Shown here piece after piece: positions 14,250-26,709 of a DNA stretch of 64,000 nt (position 1 is the first letter of the stretch; the number at the start of each line of letters is the position of its first letter). The notes beneath the pieces are model-generated. The model made no database searches and had not been told where the DNA came from. It saw only the letters and a list, made by a program, of their open reading frames with translations. A program made the position numbers and the translations under genes. Location: positions 69,310,408-69,374,407 of the forward strand of contig NC_068987.1 of the NCBI RefSeq assembly GCF_001194135.2, given 5' to 3'. The DNA is from Octopus bimaculoides. Lineage: Eukaryota.

Positions 14250-15030
14250 TGCATGAGTGTGTGTGTGTGTGTGTGAGTGAAAGAGAGAGACAGACAGAAA
14301 GAGAAAGCGAGAGAGAAAGTGAGAAAGAGAGAGAACAAAGCTTACCATAAAATATGAAAACAAGGCACAAACAAAAAACAAAAAAAAGTCACAAAAGCAG
14401 AAAAAGGCACCCCATAATCTTTATGCAGTCTCTTACGTTTCCTTTAGTTTCCCCGTCTGTCACTCATTCCTTTTTGCTCTCTAACTCTTGCAAATGACGT
14501 AACTGTTATTGCAGTTGCCGTACCTGTGGTACATGATGGAGATGAGAAAGGAAGAGGACGATAACGATGAGGAAGAAGAGGACGTAGAACACGTTGTTGA
14601 TAAAAAATAGAGTGATGGTAATACAGTTCATTATTGTCGTTATTGTTGTTGGTGTTGTCGTTTATGATGAAGATGATGATGACGACGACGACGGCGGCGG
14701 CGTTGTTAGTGTTGTTATTATCATTGTTCGATTTTTTTTCTTTATGTTGCTGCTGTTATTGATATTCAGTTGTAAGAAGAAGAAAGACAAGAGACGGAAA
14801 GAATAATAATGATGGCATTCTTGAAGATAATAATGATGAGTTTAAAGATGGTTATGACGATTGTGTTGTTAGTAGACACAATGTTGACGGCGCGCGTGAA
14901 GGTACAGATGATGTTAATAATAATAATAATAATAATAATAACGACAACAAAAACGACCTTAATAATGATGCTACTACTTCTGCCGCTACCACCACTAATA
15001 ATAATGATGATGATGATGATGATGATAATG

Positions 15031-15094
<64 letters not shown>

Positions 15095-15100
15095 TAATAA
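12630..15100. repeat. Dense cluster of mixed trinucleotide repeats (GTT, CTA, CTG, GAT, GAC, GGT, GAG, GCA, AAT)
   Basis: Direct reading; generates the homopolymeric ORFs on both strands. Confidence 0.9.
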
Positions 15101-15189
15101 TAAATCATACAATCCTGTGAATTCATCAGTCAACCACAAGGGAAAGTTATAATTTGTAAAAGGTTTTAGGCAATTATTTTGCGCTTTTG

Positions 15190-15263
15190 GTGCCATAAAT
15201 AGAGTTAGCAGATTAATTGGTCGTGTATCATCGAAGATTCATGACTGGCCGACAGAGGTCGGC
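15190..15263. promoter_or_regulatory. Candidate homeodomain-bound element
   Basis: GCCATAAA (15192-15199), TTAATTGG (15213-15220) and a small hairpin GCCGAC-AGAG-GTCGGC (15248-15263) in unique sequence. Confidence 0.2.
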
Positions 15264-15498
15264 ACTGGTAAAAGAAAAAAAAATCTATAAAAATAACTAA
15301 AAGCAAAAATAGGAAAGGTAACAAACAAGAATGTTTAGCTTAATCTAATGGTTAGGTAGTAAGCTATGAGACTTTTGAGTGGAAACTTTCAATATCGTTT
15401 TTCGTTGTCACCATTACTCTTTCTTCTTCATTCCAGACCATGCAATCTATGTTTATTGGCAAGTATGTTCGTGAGGTAGTGTTGCGTTGTCCTGGTGA

Positions 15499-15546
<48 letters not shown>

Positions 15547-15666
15547 NNNNNNNNNNNNNNNNNNNNNNNNNNNNNNNNNNNNNNNNNNNNNNNNNNNNNN
15601 NNNNNNNNNNNNNNNNNNNNNNNNNNNNNNNNNNNNNNNNNNNNNNNNNNNNNNNNNNNNNNNNNN

Positions 15667-15700
<34 letters not shown>

Positions 15701-17395
15701 TGTGTGTTTGTGTGTGCGTGTGTGTGTGTGTTTGCATGTGTGTGTGTGTGTGTGTGTAAGGGCAAAATGTCATTTTGAATGTACGTAAGTAATGCAAGGG
15801 AAATACTGGAATACAAACTGTTTCGTATAACGTGTTTTGATGTTATTTTAAGTCACAGATGTAAACTCGACGACAAGTGGTTAACGTTTTGTTAAAAATG
15901 ATTTATGAAATATTTGTGATGTATAGATATATAGAGGAAGATGAACAGGCATGGTATGAAATTAACTAAGTTCGATTTATGAATATATCGATTTTATAGA
16001 ATCTCGCTATACAATGATAGTATCACCGTTACTGATACTTATTAATTGAAATATGGAATCTACCATATAAGATCCGATAGCAGTATGGAAATAAAAGAAA
16101 TGTGTGTAGAAGAGCTGAGTTGTGTATAGCTCGATGTGTAATGCATAAAAAACTAATTCTGCGTAGGTGATTGTAGATAATAAACAGCAACATGAGGGAA
16201 TATAGAAAATTGTGTAAACTTATCTATGCAGACAGATGGTACTTGGTTATTTGTATGCTATAGATGAAAAATGAAATTAACCTCTTTGATATATGATGTA
16301 GATATTCTCTTTTCCTGATCGACAACTAAACGAAGTCTGGAGGTGATAATTTAGATGTGACTTGAGATAGGTTTATAAGAATATATAATGAAGTTATGGA
16401 AATGTAAAGATGAAACTGTGGTTGATAATTTAAGGTTGTTTAATTATAATAGTATGAGAACAATTGCAGTTAATGGATTCAACTCCAGGTTTGTGTCGAT
16501 ACTTATGTTTTAAGCTTAATGAGATGATAGATATTACTCATGAGATTTTAAACATGAACGGTGACAGAATAAACACGATAATTTTAGCCTGTATCTGCGT
16601 CAAAACAACTTGTAAGACACTGATAATTATGTTTCTTCTGTTGAAGTACAAACTGAATTTAGTAAAGGTTTGGCTGAGAGAAGAAATAATTGATTCTGGT
16701 AATTTGCTAGTATTTATATTACAAAATTATGGAGAAACGCAAGACTTAATTGACTCCCATTAGATTATAAGCAGTAAGCAGCACACTAGATAGTGCAGGC
16801 TATCAACTGTATTGCCGAAATATATGAGCTTTCCTCTGAGGATGAATGTTATAGAGAATAATGCTAACTTGATATAGAGAGAGACGATATTGGCCAAATT
16901 ACAAAGGTGTCAGTTTTTCTTCCAACTAGTTAACATTACTTATGTCATTGACCTCGCATTGTATCTGGCAAGAGCGAAGAACATCTGTTCTGTTGGTAAG
17001 TGTAACTCTAGTTCAGCACTGATCGATTCGATCTGTGTATATAAAGACTTCTAGTCATGGCTTGGTTAGAGAAAGAAGGACAGCGTCCAATGTTATATTT
17101 TTAGGTCATTCAGAAACTTGAGTCTGAACGGAATAATGGAAAAGTCCTCTACCAGAGACCTGATTTCAGTGCAAGCAAAGGGGTGAACGTCGCCAAACGT
17201 ACGCTTCGGCTATGTAAAATCTAGTTTGGAAAAGATTAGTCTGCCATTATTTCTAAAAGCTTGTAGAGTCAACTAGTGAATCTCTGGAGTTCATTGTTTA
17301 ACGGTGCATATAAGATCCCTATTACACGAGGCCGGGCATTCGATGTAAGTTGCTGACAAGCGTATTGGATTCTTTCGTAATTTACAGAAGTTTAT

Positions 17396-17472
<77 letters not shown>

Positions 17473-17883
17473 TGTGCATTGAAGAAGATACCTATACACA
17501 CATACATGGTTCCCTTTCGCTCTCATGTTCACATTGTCCATCTTCCTCTGCACCTGAACAGGTATATATGCGTTCACGTATGCTTAATTTTAAATATGTT
17601 TGTGTGAGTGTGCTGTATGTGTGTGTGCGTGCGTGAGCAAGTGAGCTGAGACAAATATTGTAAACGGTTATGTGGTACTTACATTATGAAAACATTTTAC
17701 AGAATTTTCTCTACTATATAGTATGACCACACATATATGATCATACTGTATAATATAATATAGCAAAATAAGATAATGATATAATGAAATATGAATGTAA
17801 ACACTACTACACATATAAGCACACATACATACACACATACACACACATTCACAGAGATAAATCTGCACATGCACATACACATG

Positions 17884-17922
<39 letters not shown>

Positions 17923-19705
17923 GTAGTATGATATATACACACATATATGCTGATATGTACGTGCATACCAATGCGTGCGCGTGCGTGTGTGTATAAATCA
18001 AGAAAATGAATATTTTAACCAGCCTAAGCTCACTTTCAGTCTATTATTTTTATTGTGGCTTATTTAGTTCTTGCGAACTAACACTGTCCACCACATGCAT
18101 TCATGCAGATATATGTGCACACATTTGCATGCGTGAGTCTGTATGTGTACGTCTCGTGAACACTTATATACACATATGTTATATATCGCTTACACTGACG
18201 TACGCAAACACATAAGCAATGCCAAAAATGCACAGAAACTAGCACGCACATACACAATTAGACATACATATAAAATCAATAGAATATTTATATATTTACA
18301 TGAAAGCAACAGTAACAGAGAACAGGCAGAAGCGGAGAATTAAGGTGAAGAAACTGATTGACGTCTTATTGAATACAACAAACCACTAATGAAGGAAGAC
18401 ACAGATTTTGGTAACATTAAAAGTCTACGCAGGCGCACTTGTAATAATTTTATGCTGCTCCTTGAGTCATAGATATACGCATATTGGCATGTTTTTACTA
18501 TGTGGAAGTAATTTATTTCTTTATATATTCGTGTACTTTCATCATTGCGGAAGTATATGAGTATAATTATCTATCAAATGTTAGTTGAATGAATGGAGGA
18601 ATAAACAGAAAAAAAAAAACATATACACAGACAAAACACATACACGCATGCGCGCATAAATATGGCTACTTTTGGATACAAACTTTGTTTGTGCATGATC
18701 ATATATGTGTGTGCGAGAGTATGTATTTGTATATACATACAGATATATATATGCTTATATAAGTAAATACACACAAGCACACACACACACACACACACGC
18801 ACACACACACACACATACACACACACACACACAAAGCTCAGTATCCCCCACCAATTTATCCAACAACAATACTTCAAGTTGAGATAGAGTGATATTGTTG
18901 TAGAGGTGAAAGAAAATACATCTGAAATCCGTCCGCACCAAACCAGTAGCTCATTTCGGCAATACTACCTACAGAGAGGGCAGCACAATCGAAAGACGTT
19001 GAAAGTGAATTGATGTGCAAACATTATAAAACCAATGATAAATAGAGCACAGTATACAAAGACTGCTTGCGATTTGCCACATATAGTTCATAGTAGAATT
19101 TTACATTTTTTTGCCGCACCAACTCATTTCCAACTTAATAAATTCATTAGTATTCATCATGACACGTAACAAAATTCTTGTAGACCAACTTTAGCTCAAA
19201 CCCAGTTTGGTGTTGCCTGACGCAAAAAAAAAAAAACGAGTTTCATTGGTAAAACAACAACTAATAAGATCAATCTCAAGTAAATCTACATCACCATTCA
19301 TACAACAAATTATTTCTTTATCTGTATACCAGAATTACACGCTGATTGTAAAATGATTCTCATCGACAACCTGCCCAGAACCTAATTAATCATCTGACCA
19401 ACCAATCTACTATTCACACAGGCATATAAGCACTTACGCACGAGTGCACATACACGCACGTACGCATGCACATACACATACACGCATACACGTATGTACG
19501 TATATATACATTCGCATATATACATATGCAAGCAAGAAAATCAACAACGCGAGGATATGGTACAAGTACTGTGTTATTGGCCGCTCAGGAAAGAAAGAAA
19601 AGAAAGAGGGTTTCACGTTTCGAGCGGAGCGCTTCATCAGAAAATATATAAAAAGTCCAAAGAAGGGAAGGCGGAAAAAGAAAATCGCCAACGATACACA
19701 CGCGG

Positions 19706-19767
<62 letters not shown>

Positions 19768-20660
19768 CATTCTGGTTTAACGACCCTCCATGTTTGTTTT
19801 TGTTCGGTTTCCTTGTATGCCTCTACTGTCCTGTTTTTGTTCCCAAATTTGACCCTCTATAAATCCTGGACTTTATTTTAGAATTTATGGGAGCAACTGT
19901 CTTTGAAGACTCATATTGTCGTTGATTGCTCGAAATGAGGGGTCGATAGACAGCCGATAACTGATGAAGGGTCTTTCTCTCTGGTTACTCGTCCTGCTCC
20001 CCATTCTTTCACTCACTCGTTATTTAACTCGTTTGTTTTCGTATTTCATGTTATTTACACACCTGGTGACGTCCTGGTGCCATATATGTGTGTATGTATG
20101 TATGTATGTGTATATTTATATATATATATATATATATATAATCTATATTATGATCACACATATATAATCACACATATGTATGTATATACATATGTGTGAT
20201 TATATATGCGTCTGTCTATGTATATATGTATATTTCTTTGGTGCCTTTAAAAATTGGGCAACATTTTGGTCGATTTATAGGGTAAATATTAATAAACATA
20301 CACCTACAATGTTAATTTTGGCGAGTTTAAAAAAACTGTTCATTTTGCCGAATTTTGTTTACCTCATGTGCTGTTGTGGGGAACGTCAGAATTCCCCTCC
20401 TACCGGTTATTAGACATGAATTGCTTATATTATACAGAACATAATTTACCTTTCAATCTTTCTTCAAGTATTGTCTCTCATTCACGAGTGATAAACTATA
20501 GAGTTGCTAAAGAGAATAGAAATATAGCTCACGTACTAAATGTCCAAAAGTAAACACATCGAACCACAGTTGGTATTTTCACAATGACTGAAAATTATAC
20601 ACTTCGCTGTCATTTAAAGAGAAACACATACAATTATGGTAAACCAATCTTGATCTAGAA

Positions 20661-20957
20661 CATGGGTTTTGAAACTGTGGTCCGCGGGCCACAGGGGGTC
20701 CGCAAAGACAAGACAGGAGGTCCGTGGACAGCAAATACTTTTTATGGGCAATTTGATTTTATATATGTTTTTTAATCGAAATCTTTTAATTGAAAATAAA
20801 CCTATTTGTTAAATACTGTTAAATAAATAAATGTAAAAATATATGTTATTTTAAGCAAATATTTGTGTATAAATTTTATAAGCGTTTATAAGGGGGTCCC
20901 TAAGGTAAAGCCTGAAATATAAAGGGGTCCGCAAATCAAAAAGTTTGAAAACCCCTG
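20661..20957. mobile_element. Non-autonomous hAT (Charlie-like) MITE, 297 bp
   Basis: TIRs CATGGGTTTTGAAACT and AGTTTGAAAACCCCTG (14/16 match). Perfect 8-bp TSD ATCTAGAA at 20653-20660 and 20958-20965, fitting the NTCTAGAN hAT target. Subterminal GGGGTCC motifs; no ORF. Confidence 0.92.
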
Positions 20958-21669
20958 ATCTAGAACATATTGCATGAATTTAAAAGAAACTAAGTCAATT
21001 TATATCAACAGTTTAGTGGAACCAAATTACTGGAACAAATAGAGAAACTGCTGCATGTATCGTTATAAAATGGTTCCTAAGTTTAAACACTGATTTAAGA
21101 ATTGAACCGAGTGAAACGTATTGCGACATTGCCCGAAGAGAAAACTCAAAACGAATTTAGTTTCGACAAAATGTTGTAGGACTTCATAAAAATAAATATT
21201 GTAGAGACTACATTAACTAAGATATTACTAACTCAGGACAGTGCACTCAGTATAAATCAAACTTAATATCTTACTATTAATGTGAGCAGCTTATTGAAAT
21301 ATTCTATCAAAATGAACAAAAACCTATAGAATTAAATCCGTTGATCAGCTTAGCACATGCAGAGAAAATAGAATTAGGAATAATTGATTTGTGACCGTAT
21401 CTATATCTAATCGTCCAATTGTTTCTTTTGAGGGGTCCAAAGCAATGCAGACAACTACAACCCATTCATTCATCGATCATACACACACACACATACACGT
21501 GTGTGTATGCATGCATGTATGTATGTATGTATGTATGTATGTATGTATGTATGTATGTATGTATGTATGTATGCATGTACGTGGGTTTATATATATATAC
21601 AGTTGAAATTTATAGAAAAACGAAAGACGAAGACAGGTGTATGAACAACAAACACGTGTATTAGTTTGA

Positions 21670-21922
21670 CGCTCGTGAAATTAAAGTGCAAGTAGCTGAG
21701 TACTCCACAGACACGTGTACCCGTAACGTAGTTTTCAGGAGTATTCAGCGTGACACGAATTGTGACAACGCCAGCCCTTTGAAATACAGGTACTACTCCT
21801 TTTTGCCAGCTGCGTGGACTGGAACAACGTGGAATAAAGTGTCTTGCTCAAGGACAAAACGAGTCGCCGGGAATTGAACTCACGACCTCGTGAGCCGATG
21901 CTCGATCCACTAAGCCACGTGC
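21670..21922 (-). mobile_element. SINE family C (variant with CCTTGAGCAAGACAC domain)
   Basis: Minus strand reads GCACGTGGCTTAGTGG...GAGTTCAATTCCCGG (A/B boxes), then GTCCTTGAGCAAGACACTTTA, then a body shared with 39208-39604 and 46215-46470. Confidence 0.85.
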
Positions 21923-22009
21923 ACACAGACACACAGAAACACACACATACACACACAAACACAAACTCATACACACACATACACGCACAACACACACACA
22001 CATATATAT

Positions 22010-22224
22010 TCTTTTACTTGTTTCATGGACTGCGGCCATCCTGGAGCACCCCTTTTGGTCGAACAAATCGATCCCAGGACTTATTCTTTGTAAGCCCGGT
22101 ACTTATAGTATCGAACCGTTAAGTTACGTAAACGTAAACAAATCAACATCGGTTGTCAAGCGATGATGGGGGACAAACACAGACACACAAACATATACAA
22201 ACACAGACACACAAACATATACAT

Positions 22225-22272
<48 letters not shown>

Positions 22273-22435
22273 GACGCGCTTCTTTCAACTTCCGTCTACC
22301 AAATCCACTCACAAGGCTTCGGGCGGCCCGAGGCTTTAGTAGAAGACACTTGCCCAAGGTGCCACGCAGTGGTACTGAACCCGGAACCGTGTGATTAGTA
22401 AGCAAGCTACTTACTATACAGCGACTCTGCGCCTA
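22010..22435 (-). mobile_element. SINE family A, full length with expanded (TA)n linker
   Basis: Colinear with 11548-11970. Confidence 0.9.
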
Positions 22436-22461
22436 TGTAAATATACATGCACACATATATG

Positions 22462-22525
<64 letters not shown>

Positions 22526-22937
22526 ACTATATATACATACATATATATATATATANNNNNNNNNNNNNNNNNNNNNNNNNNNNNNNNNNNNNNNNNNNNN
22601 NNNNNNNNNNNNNNNNNNNNNNNNNNNNNNNNNNNNNNNNNNNNNNNNNNNNNNNNNNNNNNNNNNNNNNNNNNNNNNNNNNNNNNNNNNNNNNNNNNNN
22701 NNNNNNNNNNNNNNNNNNNNNNNNNNNNNNNNNNNNNNNNNNNNNNNNNNNNNNNNNNNNNNNNNNNNNNNNNNNNNNNNNNNNNNNNNNNNNNNNNNNN
22801 NNNNNNNNNNNNNNNNNATATATATATATATATATATATGTATATGTATATATTTATATGTATATATTTATATGTATATATTTATATTGTGTGCATGTAT
22901 ATATATTTATATCCATCTATTTATCTATTTATATATA

Positions 22938-23095
22938 TAGGCGTAGCTCTCTGGTAGGAAGTTTGCTTCCTAACCACATAATCCCAGGTTCAGTCACACC
23001 TTTTCACCTTAGGAAAATGTCTTCTACTATATCTTAGACCCACCAAAGATCCATGAATGTCTTTCATAGACGGAAACTGAAAGAATCCGTGCGTG
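22938..23095 (+). mobile_element. SINE family A, head half
   Basis: AGGCGTAGCT...AACCACATAATCCCAGGTTCAGTC...TAGACGGAAACTGAAAGAA. Confidence 0.7.
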
Positions 23096-23369
23096 CCTGT
23101 GTATGTGCATATTTTTCTGGATCTGTCTTTCTTTGCATATGTATTAACATATGTATTACACATGGCTAAATAGCAGCCAACAGAATGTGCAAAAAGCAAT
23201 TTCAGGGAGAAGATTCCACAAACTACAAAGACCTGCATTATGCAATCGAAACATACATTCTGGTACCGAGTATGGACGCACACATACTCTTCGAAAGAAA
23301 AAGCCTTATTAAATATATTTGTCTGTCCGTATATTTCTACGTATATAATCCCACTCTCTTCCGCTCTCT

Positions 23370-23473
<104 letters not shown>

Positions 23474-23819
23474 TCCGTCTGTATATGTGTGTATACACAT
23501 ACATATACATATATATATATTGTATACTCATCTATTTGTGTAGATGCGCCTATTTAATTTTCCTATGAGTCTCTTCATTCCATAGGTAAAAGTGTTTTTT
23601 TTATAATTATTATATATATATATATATATGCATACATACAAACATACATAATACATGCATACATATATATAGAGAGAGAAAGAGCGAGAGAGATGGCAGA
23701 GAGTGAGAGAAAGTGATGAGAGAAAGGGAGAGAGACACACGCAAGCACATATATGTATGTATAATATATATACGTACTTAGATATTCAACAACACTTATA
23801 AACACGTATGTGTGTGTTT

Positions 23820-24960
23820 CGGTTACATTCCCGTAGAAAGCATGGTGATTGCCATTTTAATATGATGTAACTTCACGTAGAACGTCCGAGGCGCGAGATA
23901 TATGCTCGGCTGCCATGTCCCAGTACACGAAGTTGGCGACTTTACGCTTCCAGCAATACATCGACTATGTGTGCGAGTGTGATAAAAAGCGGGAAAAATA
24001 GTCGGACTGCTTGTTGAAAAAAAAACCTAGCGCTGCGGAATAAGCAGTAGCGAATGTAGTGAGTCTCTGCATACACATGTAGATGTTTATATGAACGGGT
24101 GGTCGTGTGAGTTTTTATATGAGTACGCATATGAGTGTGTAGTCGTTTGTGTGTACTTGTATATAACTATATACATAGGTTTGCATATATGTGTGTGTGA
24201 ATTTCTACATATGGTTGCATATGTAATATGATGTGCTGTGTTGTATTGTGTTGTGTTGTGTTGCGTGTGTGTTTATGTTTGTGTGTGTGTGTGTGTGTGA
24301 CGTGGTGAAGACGGTGGTGGTGGGGCAGTTGCTGGTTGTGTAAGTTGCGATGGCGGTAAGAGAGGTGGTTGTGGCAGCAGAAGAAGAAGATTGGTGATGT
24401 AGGCAGCGGTGTTCTTTGTTGCAGCATTGGCGGAGATGTTTGTGTAGGTAGTGGTAACGATGTCAGCGGCGTTGGAGCGTTGTTAATAGTGATGTGGTTG
24501 CAGTGGTGCCGGTGAAGAATGTAACGGTGGCGATGTTGTTGCTATTGGAGGGAAGAGGAGTACAGATCGTTGAAGGGTGGTCGGACTAGCTTTCGGCGTT
24601 TACAGAGATGACGGGAAGGGGAGAGCCATGTTAATTGGACGCCCGGTCACACGTAAAAACACTAATGCTATCGCTATAATGAGCGGCCCAGAAATTTATG
24701 GGAGGAACGCAGTGTTCGTTCTCTTCTGATTTCTTCAGAGACGCAAGCAGGCTGTTTCTCTTTATTCCTCACCCCCACCCCTCTTTTACACTCCCCCTTA
24801 CTTCCCCTTATACCGACTTACACGCCACTACCAGCATCAGCAGCAGCACTAATAGCAGTAGCAACACAGTATCACTATTACTACTAACATTGCTTGCCTC
24901 GTAAACAGCGTCGCCACCCTGAAGAAACATCTTTCCACCACCGTTACGAAGCGAAGGAAA
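23820..24960. promoter_or_regulatory. Candidate bidirectional promoter/enhancer island
   Basis: Non-repetitive CpG-rich patches (23860-24060, 24560-24720). Homeodomain motifs TTAATTGG (24631), CTAATG (24662) and TTTATGG (24695). The plus strand is G/T-rich to the left of about 24650 and C/A-rich to the right. Confidence 0.35.
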
Positions 24961-25054
24961 ATCCCTCTGAAATCTAATTTCACTTTTATTCTATCTACTG
25001 TACTTCGTTCCCTCGTTCAGTCTCTATCATTTTTTTGTCTCTCTTCTCCCTCCT

Positions 25055-25087
<33 letters not shown>

Positions 25088-25607
25088 TACACTGTCTGTC
25101 TATCTCTAATTTCTTTCTCGAATCTGATGCAACACATCATACGCACACATTCAGTCATGACATATATAATTATAAACACACACATATAAACATATACAAG
25201 GCTATATATGTGTGTGTGTGTGTGTAAGTATATACATATGTATGTCTATAGACACCAGATTACTCAGATACAGGTATATACACATAATTATATATGAACA
25301 TATGTGCATATTTGTATGTAAGTATGTGTACACAAATATGTCTCCGTATACATCCTAATTTCTCCCCCCCCTTACTCTTCCTCTTCTCAGTTCCTTCTGT
25401 ATATGTACGATGTGATATGCATGCGTGTGTGTGTGTGTTTGTGTGTGTATGTGTGTGTGTGTGTGTGTATGTGTGTGTGTGTGTGTATATGAATGACCCT
25501 GAGACAGAGAGAGAGAAAGACGAAGGGGCGAATGTGTGCGTGTGTATACGTTTGTGTTTTTGTATGTGCGTCTACATGAGTATGAGCTTGTGTGTATTTA
25601 CGTGTGT

Positions 25608-25707
<100 letters not shown>

Positions 25708-25799
25708 CTGTCTGTCTGTGTGTCTGTGTCTGTGTGTGCGTGTGTGTTAGTGTGTGCGCGAAAGCGTGTGTATACATGTGAATGATGCTGCATTTATTA

Positions 25800-26107
25800 T
25801 TTTTATAATCAATTCGTCCTGTTTTCTTTTTGGTAAATCATATTTGTTTTTCTTTCGCATCCTGTTTTGTTTTTATTGCTATTTTCCTTGAATTATTTTT
25901 GTATTTTGTAACTTCATTCCTTTTTCTTCTCACATTCTTTCCCTGTTTCTCCTTCAGTCTTTATCTTCTGTAATGGCAGTCTCTTTCCACTTAAAATCAT
26001 ACTCACTCACTCACTCAGTCAAGCCTTCCTTTACGTTATGTCCTTTCAATATATTCAATATTCAACTACCTCTCTCCACTCCCTTTTCTCATTCAAACAC
26101 TTCTTTA

Positions 26108-26193
<86 letters not shown>

Positions 26194-26648
26194 TCTCTTT
26201 CTCTCATTCTTTATCTTCGTATTTCGGCTGCGTTTCAGCTGCAGAATTGTGAAACTATCATTTTCGTTCCTCGCCTCTCTGTCAATCTATTTCTCTCTCC
26301 ATTTGTTCTCTGTCTCTCTTGTTCCTGTCGCACTCTGTGATGCTCTGTTTACCTATATGTTTATACAGATACTTCTCTTTCTGTCTCTCGCACACCATTT
26401 CTATCTTCCTTTCTTTCTCTCTCTCTCCCTCTATTTCTTTCTTTCTGTCGTTTTTTTCTCTCGTTCTTTCTTCATAAATTTTTCTCTTTATTTCGTTCCT
26501 TTTTTTTAATACTATACCTTCTTACATACAGTCTCTCTTTCCCCGTCTAAGCCTTATGTGTCTCTTTCATAAGCTTTCTTTCTCTATAACTTTCGTCTGC
26601 TTATATTGTACGTTTTCAGTTCTCTCTCTCTCTCACTCACTCACTCAC

Positions 26649-26709
<61 letters not shown>

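Noticed and set aside
12918-15196. Poly-Ser, -Met, -Ile, -Leu and -Pro ORFs
   Set aside because: Open in several frames on both strands because triplet repeats lack stops; no domain and no splice support.
11265-15500. let-7-like TGAGGTAGT at about 11266 and 15475
   Set aside because: Only the first 9 nt match and no precursor hairpin is visible.
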